DNA of 64,000 nt from Amoebidium appalachense. Lineage: Eukaryota; Protista; Ichthyosporea. The notes beneath the pieces are model-generated. The model did no database searches, was not told where the DNA came from, and was given only the letters and a program-made list of their open reading frames with translations. Positions 33,090-64,000 of the stretch are shown piece by piece. The position numbers were made by a program, and so were the translations under genes. Positions within the stretch are counted from its first letter, which is position 1, and every line of letters begins with the position of its first letter. The DNA lies in assembly GCA_963693365.1 (NCBI GenBank), contig CAVNZM010000012.1:6460889-6524888 (forward strand), written 5' to 3'.

Positions 33090-34636
33090 AATTTCGACTT
33101 GTTTTTGTTGAAATTTCAATTTGTTGTCGTTTAGCTAGGAAAAGTGTAGGTTTTCTTTTTTTTATAAAAAAATTGTTTCTTTCTTTTACAGTATGAAACA
33201 TGTAAATTTTTTTATAAAGGATGAAAAATATATAGTTTTATGTTTTGTAGTAGGAAAGAGGTAAAATTTTCAGCGACTGGCAAAGGCGCTCAGAATGGTA
33301 TGCTTGTATGTACATATTTTTTTTTGAAAATTTGTTTTAGGTTTGAGATAGTATAACGGTTAATTGCAGATAGATATTCGTGCTGCCCGGTTTTGAAAGG
33401 CCTTTTGGTGTGTTTCTAAGGTAGAAAATGACGAAGAGTGTAGTAGTGACGCAATACTATTGAACGAGAAAAGGGGGTTTTTAAATTTAAATTTATGTGA
33501 TACTAATTCTTTATGTTTATAATTTATCGAAGAAACTGCCAGTGGCACGAAGTCTTTTCAGTGTCTGAATATATGCTTTTCTTTTATTGGGCAGAGGGTT
33601 TGTTTTCTCCCATCTCCCCCCCCCCCCCCCTTCCCCCATTCTCCCCCCCCCCCCCCCCCCCCCCCCCCCTTTCCCCTCCGCAAGCAAAAAAAAAAAAAAA
33701 AAAAAGAGGGAGAAGAAGAAGAAGAAAAAGAAGAAGAAGATTAAAAGAAGCTGAGACAGAAAAATGGCCCGGCAACGAGTCCAAATGCTTTGATTCAAGC
33801 CCAGTCACCTTCAGTCAATATTCAGTGAGCCTGCAGACTGATGTTGGCCAGAATTCAATGGGCGTGATCATGAATCCACAAAGGGTGGGTTAACTATATG
33901 GGGATGTGCAGTAGTCGAGAGGTCATACAAGTTGCTGAGTGCGTATGGCATTGTTTATGGTTGTGTGACGGTTTGTGTGTGTGTGTGTGTGTGTGTCTGG
34001 TGGTGGTGGTGGTGGTGGGGGGGGGGGGGGGGGGAATGGGTGTTTATGGGTGGATGTGTGTGTGTGTGTGTGTATGCACGCGTGCGTGTGCGTCACGTGA
34101 CGGTGCGCGTGTTCGTGGCGTGGCGTGTGTGTTCGTGCGTGTGTGCGTGTGTGTATGCGTTCGTGCGTGCGTGATGCGGGCGTGGGTGCGTGTGTGCGTG
34201 CGTGTGTGCGTGCGTGTGTGCGTGCGTGTTCGTGCGTGCGTTTGTGCGTGCATGCGTGCGTGCGCTCGTGTGTGCGTGCGTGCGTGTGTGCGTGCGTTCG
34301 TGCGTGTGTGCGTGTGTGTGTGCGTGCGTTGTGCGTGCGTGCGTGCGTGCTGCATGAGGGAGGGATGGGCAGGTGGCGGGGGGGGAGGGGGAGGGGGGGG
34401 CGTGTGTGTGCGCGTCACGTGACGGTGTGCGTGTTCATGGCGTGCGTGTTCGTGCGTGCGTGCGTGCGTGCGTGCGTGCGTTCGTGCGTGCGTGCATACG
34501 TGCGTGCGTGTGTGCGTGTTCGTGGCGTGTGTGTTCGTGCGTGCGTGTGTGCGTGTGTGCGTGCGTGCGTTCGTGCGTGCGTGCGTGCGTGCGTGCGTCC
34601 GTGCGTGCTGCATGAGGAAGGGATAGGCAGGGGTCC

Positions 34637-34678
<42 letters not shown>

Positions 34679-35613
34679 GGGGGGAGGGGAGGGGGTGGGG
34701 GGGGTGGGGGGGGGAGGGGGGGGGGGGGGGGGGGGGGGGGGTGTGAGGGGGGGGGGGGGGGGGGGGGGGGGAGGGAGGGGGAGGGAGGGGATTAAGGAAA
34801 AGTTCCTGCTTCAGTTGTGTGCGTATGGGTCTTGGTTAAACATAGGATGTCATTGCCCTTGCTTATGCGACACAGTGCATGATAGGACAGAATGAGTCAT
34901 TTCGCTTCAAGTGACCCTGATTTTCTGATTTTCTGGATACATAATGGTTCCTATTTTCCCGGGTCACTGTGACACATTTCGATCAGGCTAATCGATAACC
35001 GTTAAATTAGTCCCAAGACTATCAGTGTGTTTCTTGATTTGTACCGCTAACCGGGGCAACCCCCTTACCTCCGGATCCCCCCCCCCCCCCCCCCCCCCGT
35101 GAGGCTTCTCCCCATGCCCTCCCTCCCTCCCTTCTCCCTCCCTCCCCCTCACCCTCATCCCCCCCCCCCCCCCCCCCCACCACCACCGCCACCACCTCCA
35201 AAACCCATCAATACACTGCAGTTACAGCCCTGACTCGATTGAACTGCACACACGCACACACACACACAAACACATACGTACACACACTGTGACACACACA
35301 CACACAAGCACACAAGCAAACACGCGCGCGCACACACACAAACATACACACACACACAGTTACACACACACACACGCACACACACTGTGGCGCACACATG
35401 CACACCCGCACACCCGCACTCAGCCAGTGGCACTGACTACCGTACACTGTGACATACACACAGACTCAGGTAACAAACCACATGTGGCATCACCACCATG
35501 ACTCCACTCATAATGATTCAACCCCGCCCCCTCCCCCCCCCCCGAGGGGGGAGGGAGGGGGTGTGGGGGGAGGGGGGGGGGGGGGGGGGGGGGGACGGAA
35601 AATATTATTTGCG

Positions 35614-35668
<55 letters not shown>

Positions 35669-36384
35669 GGTAGGGGACGGGGGGGGAGGGGGGGGGGGGG
35701 GGAGGGGAGGGGGAGGGAGGGGGGGAGGGGGGGGGAGGGTAAGGGGGAAGGGGGAAGGGGGAAGGGGGAAGGGGGGAGGGGGAGGGGACGGACGGGGGGA
35801 GGGGGCATGTACGCTCCATAAAAAAAAAAATTACAAAACACCATACGCCTAAAGGTGTGAACGTCTGTACGTACCTGCGGGCCCCGTCTAACAGTGGTGT
35901 GCATGTGGTGGGTTTCCGATGGTTTAGGGTCTTGGGCACTATGAAATCAGCCGAATCAAATTCAAGTTGCCGTTGGAGCTTAACTTCGGATGCATTTTTT
36001 TTATAAAAAAAAACCGAGTTATTCTGCAACCAGCAGATTCAGAATCAACTACTGGTGCTTGGAGAAGGAGTCAAACGTTTTCAGCAAACAATCTGCAACT
36101 TCACAAACCTGCAAGAATATTCAAAAAATCTAAGAATATTCAAAAACTTTGTAAGAATATTCAAAAATGTGCAAGAATATTCTCGGCCGCAATAAGCAGC
36201 GCTGTTCTGCTTCGAGCAGTGGCACTCGGTGCTTTGAGCATAATTGTTCTGCAAAATTTGGCAGGACTAATCCAAGTAAGTGGCAGCTGTAAAACAATAA
36301 GGCAGAAACAGGGAGGAAACTGAACTTCGACACTTCAGCGATATTTTGAGGCGACTTGACACTGGAGGGGCGTGTCAACTCCGT

Positions 36385-40080
<3,696 letters not shown>

Positions 40081-40175
40081 GTGGTGTCGAACGAACCGTT
40101 ACAAAAAAGACACATTTACGTTTCCTTCACTGCCTCCCCCCCCCTTTCCCCCCACCCCACACCCCTACCGCCTCC

Positions 40176-40213
<38 letters not shown>

Positions 40214-41143
40214 CCCCACCCCACCCATCCACCCACTCACCCAACCAAACTTTCAGCACAAACACGTGACTATACGTACGTGCACACACCGTTGAACTAA
40301 CAATAGATAACCATATGTACATACTTTAGCCAGCAACGACGCAGTTTAGGATAGGTGTTCCTGCTCATAACCGTAAGCTAGCGCATCGATTCCAACTCCA
40401 AAAAGTGTTGGCATTCTCTGTCATGCACCGACTCAGACGTACATGCATTGCCCTGCCATTGCAATCTTGCATTCACGGTTGCCACGCAAAACGTTATCTC
40501 TTGTACAATAATGGAGGCATGGCATTGCATGTATGTATCCACACAGAAAGTGATTTAGTAGACAAGCATTGAAATTGTAAATCGACCATGGCCGTGACAA
40601 TGGTAGTGTGTGCCGGCACCAACGAGCACCCAAAAACTCAACCACCGAGGCCTGTTCGCTTGCCAACTGCATTTGATCAGGTAAAGAGAGCTGACCCGAT
40701 TGCAGGAAATCGAACCTTCAAATATTAAAAAGAAATGGCCCGAATCGGTAATATATTTGGCTCGAATCGGCTTGTTAGGATAGAAGACACCCCCCCCCTA
40801 CTACGTAATCGCCTCCGTGGGTACTGTAAATGCACGTGTACATACAAGTAGCTGAAGGCTGCTGATTTGTGTTGAGGAGCTAAAATGAGATAATCACATA
40901 AGATCCCTGTCTAAAGGGACAAGTCCAACTAAAGTTAGTATTAGTGTAGTTTCACCCACCCTGGTGAATTCTTGTGCGACGGTCACCTTTTTAAGAAATC
41001 CGTCCAAAAGAACATTCCTCCTTTCCCCCAGTGGATAACCTGTGCTACACGGGGATTCGTTTGTTTACTTTCTATGTAACAAGGTGGTAGCAGCTAAGTC
41101 GGTGCCCATTTGCAAAACGGGCAAAGGAGAGACTCGTTGTAGC

Positions 41144-63351
<22,208 letters not shown>

Positions 63352-63456
63352 GTGCTTGTGGTTTTTTGTTGTTGTTGTTTTCTGGTGTGTGGTGTTTTTT
63401 CTTTTTCTTTTTTTTTCCCTTTTCTTTTCTTTTTTTTGGGGGGGGGGGGGGGGGGG

Positions 63457-63494
<38 letters not shown>

Positions 63495-64000
63495 GGGAGG
63501 TTCTTGTGCATACGTGTGTGTAAGAATCGGTGTTTTTTTTTTTTTTTTTTTTTTGGTTGTTGGGGGGGGGGGGGGGGGGGGGGGGTGCGCTCTGTGTGTG
63601 CATGTGTGTGTGCTTGGGTATCTCTCTATGTGTGAGAGTGTGTTCGTGTCGTGTCTTTGTATGTGTATGTGCGCGCACGTGCGCATTCTGTGTGCGTTCG
63701 AGCATGTGTATGTTGGTTCTTGTGTGCGCTTATTTGTGCACTCCCCTGTGGAGGTGGGTGGGCAGCGCGTATGAAAGTGTCTTCTGACCTTAGCCTTATG
63801 AACCATCATCAAAATTATACATTCTGTTCATTTTTGAGTCTCCATAATTTCATAACCTCCAATCATATCTTACTACTCTAAATCCAATATTCTTTGGCCA
63901 TATCTTGACTATTTTTATTATTAAAGCGGTACCCATTGGTCTTATTAGACCACCTAAAGAATGTGTGTTTCTGAAAGTGAGAGGCCTTCTTCATCTATCA

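Overview
Eukaryotic, intron-rich genomic DNA whose introns and intergenic regions are saturated with poly(C)/poly(G), (CA)n/(GT)n and (CT)n/(AG)n tracts, so most ORFs in the supplied track are microsatellite noise. Prominin and SAM genes hint at a holozoan-like protist, but the organism cannot be determined. Manual GT-AG, phase-checked splicing gives four well-supported genes: the 3' end of a SAM-domain gene, a complete 5-exon DGAT2/MOGAT acyltransferase, a single-large-exon prominin-like gene, and a >=23-exon gene running off the right edge that fuses a class-V PLP cysteine-desulfurase-like domain to a TtcA-type PP-loop tRNA 2-thiolase. A tRNA-Arg(ACG) gene lies inside one intron of the fusion gene. 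Mobile DNA includes a decayed LINE, a piggyBac MITE, a 56-bp hAT-type MITE, a Penelope-like (Naiad/Chlamys-type) RT fragment, and a family of non-coding elements that end in or at poly(C) tracts and carry a covarying, pseudoknotted RNA structure. The two best candidates for novel biology are (1) a eukaryotic single-polypeptide sulfur-donor + tRNA thiolase and (2) the poly(C)-associated structured retroelement RNA.
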